Made by a program: the position numbers and the translations under genes. From assembly GCA_041946735.1 (NCBI GenBank), contig JBHGAY010000002.1, positions 96,001 to 160,000 of the forward strand: a DNA stretch of 64,000 nt, written 5' to 3'. A model generated the notes under the pieces. That model was not told where the DNA came from and searched no databases. It saw only the letters and a list, made by a program, of their open reading frames with translations. The stretch comes from Candidatus Eiseniibacteriota bacterium (GTDB lineage: Bacteria; Eisenbacteria; RBG-16-71-46; CAIMUX01; VGJL01). How positions within the stretch are numbered: position 1 is the stretch's first letter; each line of letters begins with the position of its first letter. Below are positions 10,454 through 19,661 of the stretch, piece after piece.

Positions 10454-11608
10454 GTGACGGTGGATCCGCGGATCGGATGGACGAGCTGGGTCGAAGTGGA
10501 AGAGAAGGCGATCGTCGCGAATCTTGCGTCGTTCCGCCACCGCCTCGCGCCCGGCGCCGCGCTGATGGCGGTCGTGAAGAGCAACGGCTACGGCCACGGG
10601 ATGGAAGAGGTCGCGCGGATCGCGGCGGCTCACGGAGCCGACGCGTTCGGCGTGCACACGGTCGCCGAGGCGGAGAGGCTCGGGCGGCTCGGACTCGGCA
10701 AGCCGGTCATCATCCTCGGATACACGGCGCGGGCGGAGGCGGAGCGACTCGTCGCGAGCGGCGCGGAGGCCACCGTCTACAACGTCGAGACGCTCGAGGC
10801 GCTGTCGGCGGCCGCGAGCGCGCGCGGCGCGGTCGTCCGCTGCCACGTCAAGGTCGAGACGGGCGTGCAGCGCCAGGGGATCTTCCTCGAGGATCTCGAG
10901 CCGTTCCTCGCGCGCCTCGCCTCGCTGCCGGGGCTCGCGCTCGCCGGAGTCTCCACGCACTTCGCCAACATCGAGGACACGACCGACCACTCCTACGCGC
11001 GCCGCCAGCTCGCGATCTTCCGCGAAGCGGCTGAGCGCGTGCGTGCGCGCGCGCCCGAGGCGCTCCGTCACTGCGCCTGCTCGGCGGCGGTGCTGACGAT
11101 GCGCGAGACGCTCTTCGACATGGTGCGCGTCGGGATCGGCCTCTACGGCATCTGGCCGTCGCGCGAGACGCTGCTGTCGTGCCGGATGGCGGGAGAGGAC
11201 GAGATGCCGCTGCGCCCCGCCCTGTCGTGGAAGGCGCGGCTCGCCCAGGTGAAGCTCGTGCCGGGGGGGGCGTACGTCGGGTACGGCTGCACCCACCGCA
11301 CGACCCGGCCGACGCGGGTCGGCGTGATTCCGATCGGCTACGCGGACGGCTACGACCGCGGCCTTTCCGGGATCGCGCACGTGCTCGTGCGCGGCCGGCG
11401 CGCGCCGGTCCTCGGCCGCATCTGCATGAACCTCTTCATGGTCGACGTGACCGACATCGAGGGCGTCGGGCTCGAGGAGGAGGTGGTCCTGATCGGACGG
11501 CAGGACGGGGAGCAGGTGACCGCGGCCGACCTGGCCTCGCTGTGCAACACGATCGCCTACGAGATCGTGGCCCGCATCGGACCGCATCTGCCTCGGATCG
11601 TCGTGTAA
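10454..11608 (+). CDS. alr: Alanine racemase
   Basis: AVVKSNGYGHG PLP lysine motif, HVKVETG, GYADGY, GRICMN, TIAYEIV. Confidence 0.95.
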   Translation: MTVDPRIGWTSWVEVEEKAIVANLASFRHRLAPGAALMAVVKSNGYGHGMEEVARIAAAHGADAFGVHTVAEAERLGRLGLGKPVIILGYTARAEAERLVASGAEATVYNVETLEALSAAASARGAVVRCHVKVETGVQRQGIFLEDLEPFLARLASLPGLALAGVSTHFANIEDTTDHSYARRQLAIFREAAERVRARAPEALRHCACSAAVLTMRETLFDMVRVGIGLYGIWPSRETLLSCRMAGEDEMPLRPALSWKARLAQVKLVPGGAYVGYGCTHRTTRPTRVGVIPIGYADGYDRGLSGIAHVLVRGRRAPVLGRICMNLFMVDVTDIEGVGLEEEVVLIGRQDGEQVTAADLASLCNTIAYEIVARIGPHLPRIVV

Positions 11609-11658
11609 CGACGCGTAGCGTCGCCGTTCCGGTCCGGTCGGCTCCCCCGCGCCGTCGA

Positions 11659-11932
11659 ATGCGGCATCGAGCTTCCCGAACGGCGTTCGACCGGCGAGGC
11701 ACGTGGCATCGACCTTCCCGCTTCGCTTTCGACCGCGGTCGGATGCAACGCCCACGTTCCCCGGCCGCGTTCGACCGGCGCCGCACGTCGCATCGACGTT
11801 TCCGGTACGCTCTCGCCCGCGGTCGGATGCGGCGCCCACGTTCCCCGGCCGCATTCGACCGCAGGAGAACGTCGAGGCGACCTTTCGGATCTGCATTTTC
11901 CGGGCAGAAAACGTCGAGGCGAGCCTTGCCGG
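11659..11932. repeat. Degenerate 42-bp tandem repeat array (~6.5 units)
   Basis: Units start at 11659, 11701, 11743, 11785, 11827, 11869 and 11911; units 2/4 and 3/5 are pairwise most similar. Confidence 0.85.
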
Positions 11933-12155
11933 TCCGAAGCTCCGCCGGGAGGAAGCGCGGGCGAGAGCCCGGACCGGCACGCTTCAGGCAGAAACTGCGG
12001 GACTGCCCGCGCCCCCTGCTGGTATCCTCATTTCGCCGAAATGAGAGAGGGACTCGGTCCGGCCGCGACCGTATCCCGGTCCTCGATCGGAGCGCGGAGA
12101 CCTGCTCCGCCTCCCGGCCGCTCAGGCCCCGCTCCCCGGCAGACGGAGGTCGCCT

Positions 12156-14798
12156 ATGTCTTGCGCGCGCCACGGTGCGATCGTCGCGTTCCCCGTCCTC
12201 GCCTTGCTGCTCCTCGTCTTCGCCGCTCTGGCCGATCCTCCCCCGATCTCGCAGGAAACAGGCCTCGACCACGGCTTCCGGTACTCCTACGACGCGACCA
12301 TGGCGATGGCGGCGTCGGCCGCCCTCAGCGACTCCTCCGTCCTCTTCTGCTGGAGCGAGGACTCCCACGTGATGGCGATCCCGTTCGGCAGGAGCGGGGA
12401 ATCGATTGGAGGCAACCGCACGGTCCTGTTCGAGGGATCCTATCCGGACCTCTCGTCGCCGGATGCGAGCGGCTGGAAGATCGCGGCGCGCGGCGGGGGC
12501 ACTCTCCACGTCCGCAACCTCGATCCCGCCTCGCTCGCGACGACGATCGACCGCACGATCGGGACGACGCCGGGCGCGGCGATCGAGAACCCGGAGATCG
12601 CGAAGATCGGCGACGCGCACGTCGTCGCCTGGCAGGAAGCGGCGGGCTCGACGTACGCGTTGCGTATGCAGCGCTTCGACTCGCTCCTCGAGCCTCTCGA
12701 TCCCGAGCCGATCGACCTCGGTCCGTGCAGCGAGCGGACCTGCGATCTCGCGTCGACGGACAGCGGCGGAATCCTGATCTACGTCGATGGTGCCGGGGAG
12801 GCGGCGGTTCGGCTCCTCGGAGCGGACGGCCTCCCAGCCGGCGATCCGCGCCCGCTCGACGCTACAGAGACGTACGATCCCGAAGTGGCGGCGTGCCCCT
12901 GCGGGGATGGATGGTTCGTCGCCTGGAGCCGCACGTCCGGGATCGGCGCCGCTTTCCTCGCGGCGGACGGCTCCCTCCTGGCTCCGGGGATCCTCGGCCT
13001 CTCTCCGTACCCGGACTACGGCATGTCCGCATCCGAGGATGCGGAAGGCGGCGTGCTCCTCGCGTATCGCGAGGACGGCTACGCCATCTGGGCGCAACGT
13101 CTGCGGGCGGGAGTGGGAGCGGTCGGAAACCCGCTCATCCTCTCCGGCGACGCGCCGTACCTGGCGTTCGGCTTTCCAATGGATCTCCGGGAAGTGGCGT
13201 GCGCGTGGACAGGCGAATGCTTCGCCGTCGCGTGGACCAGCTATCACGACCCGCCCGTCGGCGGCGATCGTCGCGAGGGCGGTGGCGCGCGGGATCGCAA
13301 CTGGTTCGGCGCCTTCCCGGTCTACTCCCAGTGGGTAGCGCCGGACGGCGGGTTGCTGTACGGCAATCCGTTCCCGATCAACGTGCTGAGCTCGCCGGCC
13401 GAGGCGACCGTCGTTCGTCACCGGGACACGTCCCTCGCGATCGTACGGGACGGGATGCGGGGCGAATGGCTGCACACGCTCGTCCTCGGCCCCGAGGGCG
13501 GCGTCATCGAGACCCCCGCGCGTTACCGCACCGCCGCGGAGCCGGACGACTGCGAGCTGTGGGATTGTGAAACGTGGAGTATCGATCAATTGGCCGCAGC
13601 TCGAGACGGGACGGGCGCGGCGGTCGGCTACCGGCTGCGCACTCACTTTTCGAACGAGTACTACGAGATGGACGCGGCCTATCTCGTGATCGATCGCCTT
13701 GCGGCGGACGGCTCGTTCCTCGATCGCGCTTCGAGCTCCCTCTACATCGGAAACAGCGAGCTTACGTCCTTCGCGATCGTCCCGATCAACGAGACGCGCA
13801 TCCTCGGGGCGTACACGGCCGACGATTGGGGCGGCCGCGCACCCGAGAGCGGCTACGTGCAGCTCCTCGACTGGAGCACCGGCGAGCCGATGGCGAGCTG
13901 GCGCCTTCATCGGGAGGACAACTTGACTCCGGTGACGGGAATCACCGCAGCGCCCCTTCCCGGCGGCACGCGGTTCCTGATCGCCTGGAACGAGGGCGGC
14001 GCGCTGCGCGCGGGCGTTCTCGACCTCGACGATCCTCCGGACGAGATCGTCGGCGCCGTCGTGCCTCCATCTGCGCCTCTCGCCGGCCGCCCGCGGCTGA
14101 TCGCCGGTGAGAGTCAGGTTCTCTGCGCGTATCCGGCCGAGCGGGCCGATGGGTCGGACATCGAGGCGGTACGCTTCGACGCGCAGGGCGAGCCGATCGA
14201 CGCGACGCCGATCGTCCTCTGCGGGATCGCCGGATCCCAAGGGAACGTGGACGGCACGTGGGACGGGGACCGCTGGCTCGTCACCTGGTCGACCACGGGC
14301 TACGGCGTCCCCCACGAGCTGCGTGGCAACCGCGTCGATCCGGCCGGGGTCGCTCTCGATGGCGACGGCTTCGCGATTGCGCCGGACATCCGGGTCCCCG
14401 CGAGCGTCTCCTCGGACGGCGGCGGCCTCGTTTCGCTCGTCCACAGCGCGCGGCGCTTCCTCTGGATCGACGATACGGAGGGATCGTCCGCCGTGGAGGA
14501 GCAGGCGACGGCTGCGCTCTCGCTCTCGGGCGTGCGCCTGGGCCCGAGCCCGACGACCGGGACGGTGCGCCTCGCCGCGCCGCTCGCCAGCGGCACGCGC
14601 GCGAAGGTCACGATCGTCGACGCGGGCGGGCGTGTCGTGGCGGTGCGCGCCCTCGACGGCTCGGGCGGCCTCGATGCACGCCTGCTCTGGGACGGCCGGC
14701 GTGACGACGGCACACGCGCTCCCGCCGGGCTGTACCTGGTCCGGATCGAGTCGCCGGAAGGCGCGGCGACGGCGCGGAAGATCTTGCTCGTCCGCTAA
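12156..14798 (+). CDS. Large secreted beta-rich repeat protein with C-terminal FlgD-Ig/T9SS-like sorting domain
   Basis: Signal peptide; repeated 'F.VAW' strands; C-terminus PSPT...VTIVDAGGRVV...WDGRRDDG.RAPAGLYLVRI. Confidence 0.8.
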   Translation: MSCARHGAIVAFPVLALLLLVFAALADPPPISQETGLDHGFRYSYDATMAMAASAALSDSSVLFCWSEDSHVMAIPFGRSGESIGGNRTVLFEGSYPDLSSPDASGWKIAARGGGTLHVRNLDPASLATTIDRTIGTTPGAAIENPEIAKIGDAHVVAWQEAAGSTYALRMQRFDSLLEPLDPEPIDLGPCSERTCDLASTDSGGILIYVDGAGEAAVRLLGADGLPAGDPRPLDATETYDPEVAACPCGDGWFVAWSRTSGIGAAFLAADGSLLAPGILGLSPYPDYGMSASEDAEGGVLLAYREDGYAIWAQRLRAGVGAVGNPLILSGDAPYLAFGFPMDLREVACAWTGECFAVAWTSYHDPPVGGDRREGGGARDRNWFGAFPVYSQWVAPDGGLLYGNPFPINVLSSPAEATVVRHRDTSLAIVRDGMRGEWLHTLVLGPEGGVIETPARYRTAAEPDDCELWDCETWSIDQLAAARDGTGAAVGYRLRTHFSNEYYEMDAAYLVIDRLAADGSFLDRASSSLYIGNSELTSFAIVPINETRILGAYTADDWGGRAPESGYVQLLDWSTGEPMASWRLHREDNLTPVTGITAAPLPGGTRFLIAWNEGGALRAGVLDLDDPPDEIVGAVVPPSAPLAGRPRLIAGESQVLCAYPAERADGSDIEAVRFDAQGEPIDATPIVLCGIAGSQGNVDGTWDGDRWLVTWSTTGYGVPHELRGNRVDPAGVALDGDGFAIAPDIRVPASVSSDGGGLVSLVHSARRFLWIDDTEGSSAVEEQATAALSLSGVRLGPSPTTGTVRLAAPLASGTRAKVTIVDAGGRVVAVRALDGSGGLDARLLWDGRRDDGTRAPAGLYLVRIESPEGAATARKILLVR

Positions 14799-14882
14799 CA
14801 GGACGATCCGCCTCGCCGCGCCGCTTGCGGCGGAGACGGCGGCGGTCGGCTCGCGTGGCCGGCCGCCGCCGTCTTGCTGCGA

Positions 14883-15317
14883 TCAGTGGATCGCGGAGCC
14901 GGGCGGCACCTCGCGAAGCGGCGTCAGGATCGAGACGGTGCCGGCGCCGCTCGCCGCGAGCAGCATCCCTTGCGACCACTCGCCGCGCAGCTTCGCCGGC
15001 TTCAGGTTCGCGACGACGACGATCGACTTCCCTTCCAGCTCCTCCGGCTGATACCAGGGCGCGATTCCCGCGACGATCTGACGCTCGCCGCCCCCCTCGG
15101 GCCCGAGGTCGATCGCGATCTTCAAAAGCTTCTCGGCGTTCGGGTGCCGCTCGACGCGCACGACCCGCGCCACGCGCAGGTCGAGCTTGCCGAACTCCTC
15201 GATGTCGATCTCGGGCTTGCCTTCCGCCGGGCGGGTCTCGCCGGCCCCCTGCGGAGCGCCGGTTCCCTGCGGAGCGCCGGTCGCGGGCGGACGGGCCTCC
15301 TCGTTCTCGCTGCTCAT
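14883..15317 (-). CDS. Stand-alone tRNA-binding OB-fold protein (Trbp111/CsaA/MetRS C-terminal-like)
   Basis: IDIEEFGKLDLRVA, HPNAEKLL, RQIVAGI, VANLKPAKLRGEWSQGMLLAA. Confidence 0.9.
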   Translation of the reverse strand: MSSENEEARPPATGAPQGTGAPQGAGETRPAEGKPEIDIEEFGKLDLRVARVVRVERHPNAEKLLKIAIDLGPEGGGERQIVAGIAPWYQPEELEGKSIVVVANLKPAKLRGEWSQGMLLAASGAGTVSILTPLREVPPGSAIH

Positions 15318-16243
15318 GTTTCCTCCGGGGACTCCGTCCCCTCGCTCGCGATCCCCTTCTTCTCGCGCGCTCCCCGCTTCTCGGCCTCGAGGAGCGCCGT
15401 GTACTTCATCCCGGCGTAGAGGGCGTCCATGACGGCGACGACGAGCCCCGTCCTGCCGTCACGGAATCCTCCGCGGACCAGGTAGCCTTTCACGAAGCGC
15501 AGCGGCGGACGGAAGAGCAGATCGAGGGCCGTCGTTCTGCGGCCTTCCGCGCGCGCCTGTTCGGCCCACAGCCGCGACCACTCGCCGATCTTCTCGAAGT
15601 GATGCGCGACGTCGCGATAGCTCTCGTGCCAAAGGATGCCGCGCAGGCGCGCGGTCGGGCCGTCCACCCGCACCTGCTCGTGCACGGAACGGTCGTCGAT
15701 GCGGGCGCGCTCGCGATCGAAAAGACGCAGCACCGAGTCGCTTCCCCAGTTTCCGTGACGGATCTCCCGGCCAAGATACCGGCTCCGCCGCCGCATCCAG
15801 AACCCCGCCTTCCCGCGCGGCTCGGCGGTGGCGGCCGCGCAGGCGGCGGCGAGGTCCGGATCGATCCGTTCGTCGGCATCGAGCCAGAGGATCCAGCGGT
15901 GACGCGCGCGCGCGATCGCGAAGCGCTTGGAGCCGGCGAACCCTTCCCACGGACGGACGATCACCTCGGTCGCGAGCGGCCGCGCAAGCTCGGCGGTGCG
16001 GTCGCGCGTCGTCTCGTCGACGACGACGATGCGCTCCGCCGCCCAGGCCGCGGAGCGGAGGCAGGCCTCGATCCGGTCCTCCTCGTCCTTCGCGACGACG
16101 ACGACCGAGACCGGCGCGGGGCGCGCGGCGGAGGGATCGGGCGGCGCCGGCGTTGCCGGCGCCGTTGCCGGCGGCGCCGTTGCCGGTGCCGGCGGCCGCG
16201 GCCGCGGCCGCGGCGGCTCAGCGGCGTGCGCCACGGGGGCCAT
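15314..16243 (-). CDS. Glycosyltransferase family 2 (WaaE/KdtX-like)
   Basis: SVVVVAKDEE, WEGFAGSKRFA, WILWLDADE, VHEQV, GGFRDGRTG. Confidence 0.9.
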   Translation of the reverse strand: MAPVAHAAEPPRPRPRPPAPATAPPATAPATPAPPDPSAARPAPVSVVVVAKDEEDRIEACLRSAAWAAERIVVVDETTRDRTAELARPLATEVIVRPWEGFAGSKRFAIARARHRWILWLDADERIDPDLAAACAAATAEPRGKAGFWMRRRSRYLGREIRHGNWGSDSVLRLFDRERARIDDRSVHEQVRVDGPTARLRGILWHESYRDVAHHFEKIGEWSRLWAEQARAEGRRTTALDLLFRPPLRFVKGYLVRGGFRDGRTGLVVAVMDALYAGMKYTALLEAEKRGAREKKGIASEGTESPEET

Positions 16244-17411
16244 GCGACCTCCTCCTCTCCCGCTCCTCCGCGGCGGCCTCGACGATCTCGAGGGCGCGGC
16301 GCGACGTGCGCGCGATGTCGAAGCGCTCGCGAACCCGGCGGCGTCCCCGCTCGGCGAGCGAGCGAGCGCGCGCCGGCTCATCGAGGAGCGAGGCGATCGC
16401 GCCGGCCAGCGCGCCGGGATGCGCGGGCGGGACGAGCACACCCGCGTCGCCGACCGTCTCGGGAATCACGTGAACCTCGGTCGCGACGAGCGGAACGCCG
16501 AGCGCCATGTACTCGAGCGCGGAGCGGCAGACCGCCTCGCTGCCGGTCGAGGCGATCACCGCGGCGTCGAGCCCCGCGGCGAGCGCGAGCGGATCGTCCA
16601 CGGCCGGCAGGACGGCGAAGCGGTCCGCGATTCCCGCCTCTCGCGCCATCGTCTCCACCGCCTCCCGGCCGAGCTGCCCCTCCGGTCCTGCGCAGACGAA
16701 CCGCAGCCTTTCGGCGAGCGCCCCGCGCGCCGGATCGAGCAACGACCGCGCCGCGGCGACGAGGTCGGCGTGCCCCTTGACCGGGCTGTAGCGCGCGAGC
16801 ATCCCGGCCACGACGGCGCCCTCCGGCCACCCCCGCTCCTCGCGCAGGCGCCGGCGCGCGCACTCGCGATCGATCGTCCCACCGGTCTCCGGATCGATCC
16901 CCGCCGGGAGCACCTCGATCCGCTCCGCCGGGACGGCGAGACGCTCGAAATATCCGGGGATCATGAAGCGTCCGGACGGAAGGACGCGGTCGCTCCCCTC
17001 CACGTAGAGCCAGCGCGCCGCCGGGCCCGCGGCCGGCCGGCGTATGTCGGCGCGGAACCGGAGAAGCGGGCTCCTCGTCGCCCGCAGCGCGGCGGCGGCC
17101 GCGAAATGCCCGGAGCCGGTGTGCACGAAGACGGCAGCGAGGCGCCCCGACACGGCCGCTTCCCGGAGGTCGCGGAATGCGCGGAGCCACCGATCCGGGC
17201 GGCGCGACGCGAGATCCCGCCAGCGCGAGCCGTCCATTCCGGCGCTCGCCGCGCGGTCGGCGAGAGGGCTCGACGGAGGCGCGACGATGCGCGAGGCGAA
17301 CCCATGGCGGCGCACCCCCTCGGCCAGGGAGAAGGCATGGTAGGCAAGGGCGCTCCACCATCGCACCCAGGCGAGATGCAAGACGTATCTCTCGGACTCC
17401 GGCTCTTCCAC
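16218..17411 (-). CDS. Glycosyltransferase family 4 (GT-B)
   Basis: ARYSPVKGH, SEAVCRSALEYMALGVPLVAT, IPETVG; GTG start at 17411 inferred. Confidence 0.85.
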   Translation of the reverse strand: MEEPESERYVLHLAWVRWWSALAYHAFSLAEGVRRHGFASRIVAPPSSPLADRAASAGMDGSRWRDLASRRPDRWLRAFRDLREAAVSGRLAAVFVHTGSGHFAAAAALRATRSPLLRFRADIRRPAAGPAARWLYVEGSDRVLPSGRFMIPGYFERLAVPAERIEVLPAGIDPETGGTIDRECARRRLREERGWPEGAVVAGMLARYSPVKGHADLVAAARSLLDPARGALAERLRFVCAGPEGQLGREAVETMAREAGIADRFAVLPAVDDPLALAAGLDAAVIASTGSEAVCRSALEYMALGVPLVATEVHVIPETVGDAGVLVPPAHPGALAGAIASLLDEPARARSLAERGRRRVRERFDIARTSRRALEIVEAAAEERERRRSHGPRGARR

Positions 17412-17603
17412 TCGGACGGTGAGGCTAGCATGCGGGACGGAGGGCCTCAATCGGGGCGGCGACTCGACCAGCGGCGCCGCCCTTCGCGACTCCGGCCCGC
17501 GCGGCCGGTTTCGCGTGGACTTCCCGTCGCCGGCGACCCTACAGTGGACCGCGATCCTGCCCGGCGTCCCGGGCGCTCGATGCTTGGCGATGAGGCTCTG
17601 CCG

Positions 17604-19631
17604 ATGCCGTTTCGAAGGACCGGATCCGTCTTCCTCCTGCTTCTCCTGCTGTGGGCCGCGACCGCCGCTTCCCCGGCATTTGGGCCGCCGGCTTCCGGGC
17701 CGCTCGCTTCCGAGCGGCTCGCCTCCGAGCGGCTCGCCTCGGTGCCGCTCCCGAAGGGACAGGCGTTCGTGGATCCGCCGGGAGGCGCGATCGGTCCGCT
17801 CCAGACGATCCGGATCGTTTCGCGATGGGACTCGGCGGGCTACGCGATCGCCCCCGACTTCTCGGAGCTGGAAGGCGGAGAAGCGGGCGACTTCGCCGTC
17901 GCGGACAGCGGCAACGGCTCCTACCTGATCGTGTATACGACCGGCCCGATGGCGGGGCTCTCGAGCGCCGCGGGCCTGACGATCCCGATCCAGGCGACGA
18001 ACTCGATCCAGGGGAGCTTCACCGATCGCACCCTCCGCGCATGCCGCAATCTCGGCCGCCGGCCTGAGCACATCGCGACCGAGATCGTTCGCCCGCTCGA
18101 GGTCTACCATCCCGGCGACTCCCTCGTCGTCCGCACGCGCTGGCAGCAGGGCGACGCCTCGGGGATGACCGTCACCGCGGATTACGCATCGCTCGCTAAG
18201 CCGGGCTCCGGCGTGCCGGCGCAGACCGTCGCGATCGTCGACACGCTCCTGCAGATCAAGGAGTACACCTTCTCGTGGAAGATCCCGGGGGTCGGGCAGC
18301 TTCTCCAGGAGGGCAACGACCTGCCGCTCACCTTCGTCGGCCGCGATGCGCTGTGCAGCGAGGTGCGGGTCTCCCCGGTGACGATCGACCTCCGCCTGAG
18401 CGGCGCCCCCGCGCTCCTCTCGCACCGGGTCCTCGAGCCGGCCGGCCGCGGCGTTCGTGCCGGGGACACGCTGATCCTCTCCTGCGTCTGGGACCGGCCG
18501 GGCTACGACCTGCGGCCGGACTTCTCGGCGCTAGATGGCACGAGCGGCGACGGCAGCTTCGCGGTCGTCGACCTGGGAGGCGGCAGCTACGAGATCCGCC
18601 ACACGGTCGCCCCGCTCGGCGATCTTCCCGACGCGCTCGTGCCGGTGCCGGTCACGGCGACCGATCCGTTCGGGGATCGTTTCACCGACAACTCGATCTC
18701 GATCAGCCGCAACCGGTCCACGCCGGGGCCGGTGCATCTGGGAACCGACACGCGGCGCTCGCGCCGCGTCTACAAGGGCAACGACTCGCTCGTCGTCGTC
18801 AGCCGCTGGACGCACCCGGCCGGCCTCGGCATCCAGATGCGCCCGCTGTTCACCGGGCTCGTTCCCACGTTCGCCGACACCGAGGCGGTCGTGACGCGGC
18901 GCGGCGTCCCTTCCTCGGTCGACACCTTCTTCGTCGCCTACCGGCTCCCGCAGAAGGAATCGGGGCTCCTCGCTCCCGACGGAGAGCGGATCCGCATCGG
19001 CGTCGTCGCTCGCGACTCGCTCTGGACCGAGGTCGTCTACGACTCGATCCTCGTCGATCTCGACACGAAGGCGCCGCCGGCCTCGCCCACGCTCGACCCT
19101 TTGCCGGCGAGCACCGACGTAAGTCATATCCTGGTGACCGGCATCGCGCCGGAGGCCTACGCCGTCGCCTTCATCCGCAACGACGTGCTGCGCTTCCGCT
19201 CGCCGGTCGACAGCTTGACCGGACGGTTCGAGGCGGAGATGGATCTCGTTCCCGGCTCGAACAAGATCACCGCTTGGGGGGAGGACTTCGCCGGCAACAA
19301 GACCCCGCTCGGGAACAACGTCTTCACGAACTACATCACCGGCAGGGTCACGAGCTACCCGACGCCGTTCCGCCCGGAGGACGAGATCTCCGTCGGCGAT
19401 CCGGAGGGAATGCAAGAGGCGCTTGTGCAGATCTACAACCTGGAAGGGGACGTCGTTCGCGAGTTCCGCCAGGAGGGAGGAAGCTTCTTCGAGGCTCGTT
19501 TCGAATGGGACGGGAAGGACGTCGACGGGAGGATGGCGCAGCCGGGCTACTACCTGGTTCGCATCCACCGGACGTCCACGAGCGGGAAGACGCGCAACGA
19601 GGTGAGCTCGATGCTCTTCCGGACCAACTGA
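17604..19631 (+). CDS. Secreted multi-Ig-like domain protein with C-terminal FlgD-Ig/T9SS-like domain
   Basis: Signal peptide MPFRRTGSVFLLLLLLWAATAA; internal duplicated domains; C-terminus YPTPFRP...IYNLEGDVVR...WDGKDVDG...PGYYLVRI. Confidence 0.8.
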   Translation: MPFRRTGSVFLLLLLLWAATAASPAFGPPASGPLASERLASERLASVPLPKGQAFVDPPGGAIGPLQTIRIVSRWDSAGYAIAPDFSELEGGEAGDFAVADSGNGSYLIVYTTGPMAGLSSAAGLTIPIQATNSIQGSFTDRTLRACRNLGRRPEHIATEIVRPLEVYHPGDSLVVRTRWQQGDASGMTVTADYASLAKPGSGVPAQTVAIVDTLLQIKEYTFSWKIPGVGQLLQEGNDLPLTFVGRDALCSEVRVSPVTIDLRLSGAPALLSHRVLEPAGRGVRAGDTLILSCVWDRPGYDLRPDFSALDGTSGDGSFAVVDLGGGSYEIRHTVAPLGDLPDALVPVPVTATDPFGDRFTDNSISISRNRSTPGPVHLGTDTRRSRRVYKGNDSLVVVSRWTHPAGLGIQMRPLFTGLVPTFADTEAVVTRRGVPSSVDTFFVAYRLPQKESGLLAPDGERIRIGVVARDSLWTEVVYDSILVDLDTKAPPASPTLDPLPASTDVSHILVTGIAPEAYAVAFIRNDVLRFRSPVDSLTGRFEAEMDLVPGSNKITAWGEDFAGNKTPLGNNVFTNYITGRVTSYPTPFRPEDEISVGDPEGMQEALVQIYNLEGDVVREFRQEGGSFFEARFEWDGKDVDGRMAQPGYYLVRIHRTSTSGKTRNEVSSMLFRTN

Positions 19632-19661
19632 GCGCTGGATGAAGGACGGGACGGAGCAAGG

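Noticed and set aside
11659..11932. CRISPR array
   Set aside because: Units are contiguous and degenerate along their whole length, with no identical repeats separated by unique spacers and no cas genes.
15927..19631. 1234-aa ORF
   Set aside because: N-terminal part is antisense to the glycosyltransferases; the signal peptide marks the real start at ~17604.
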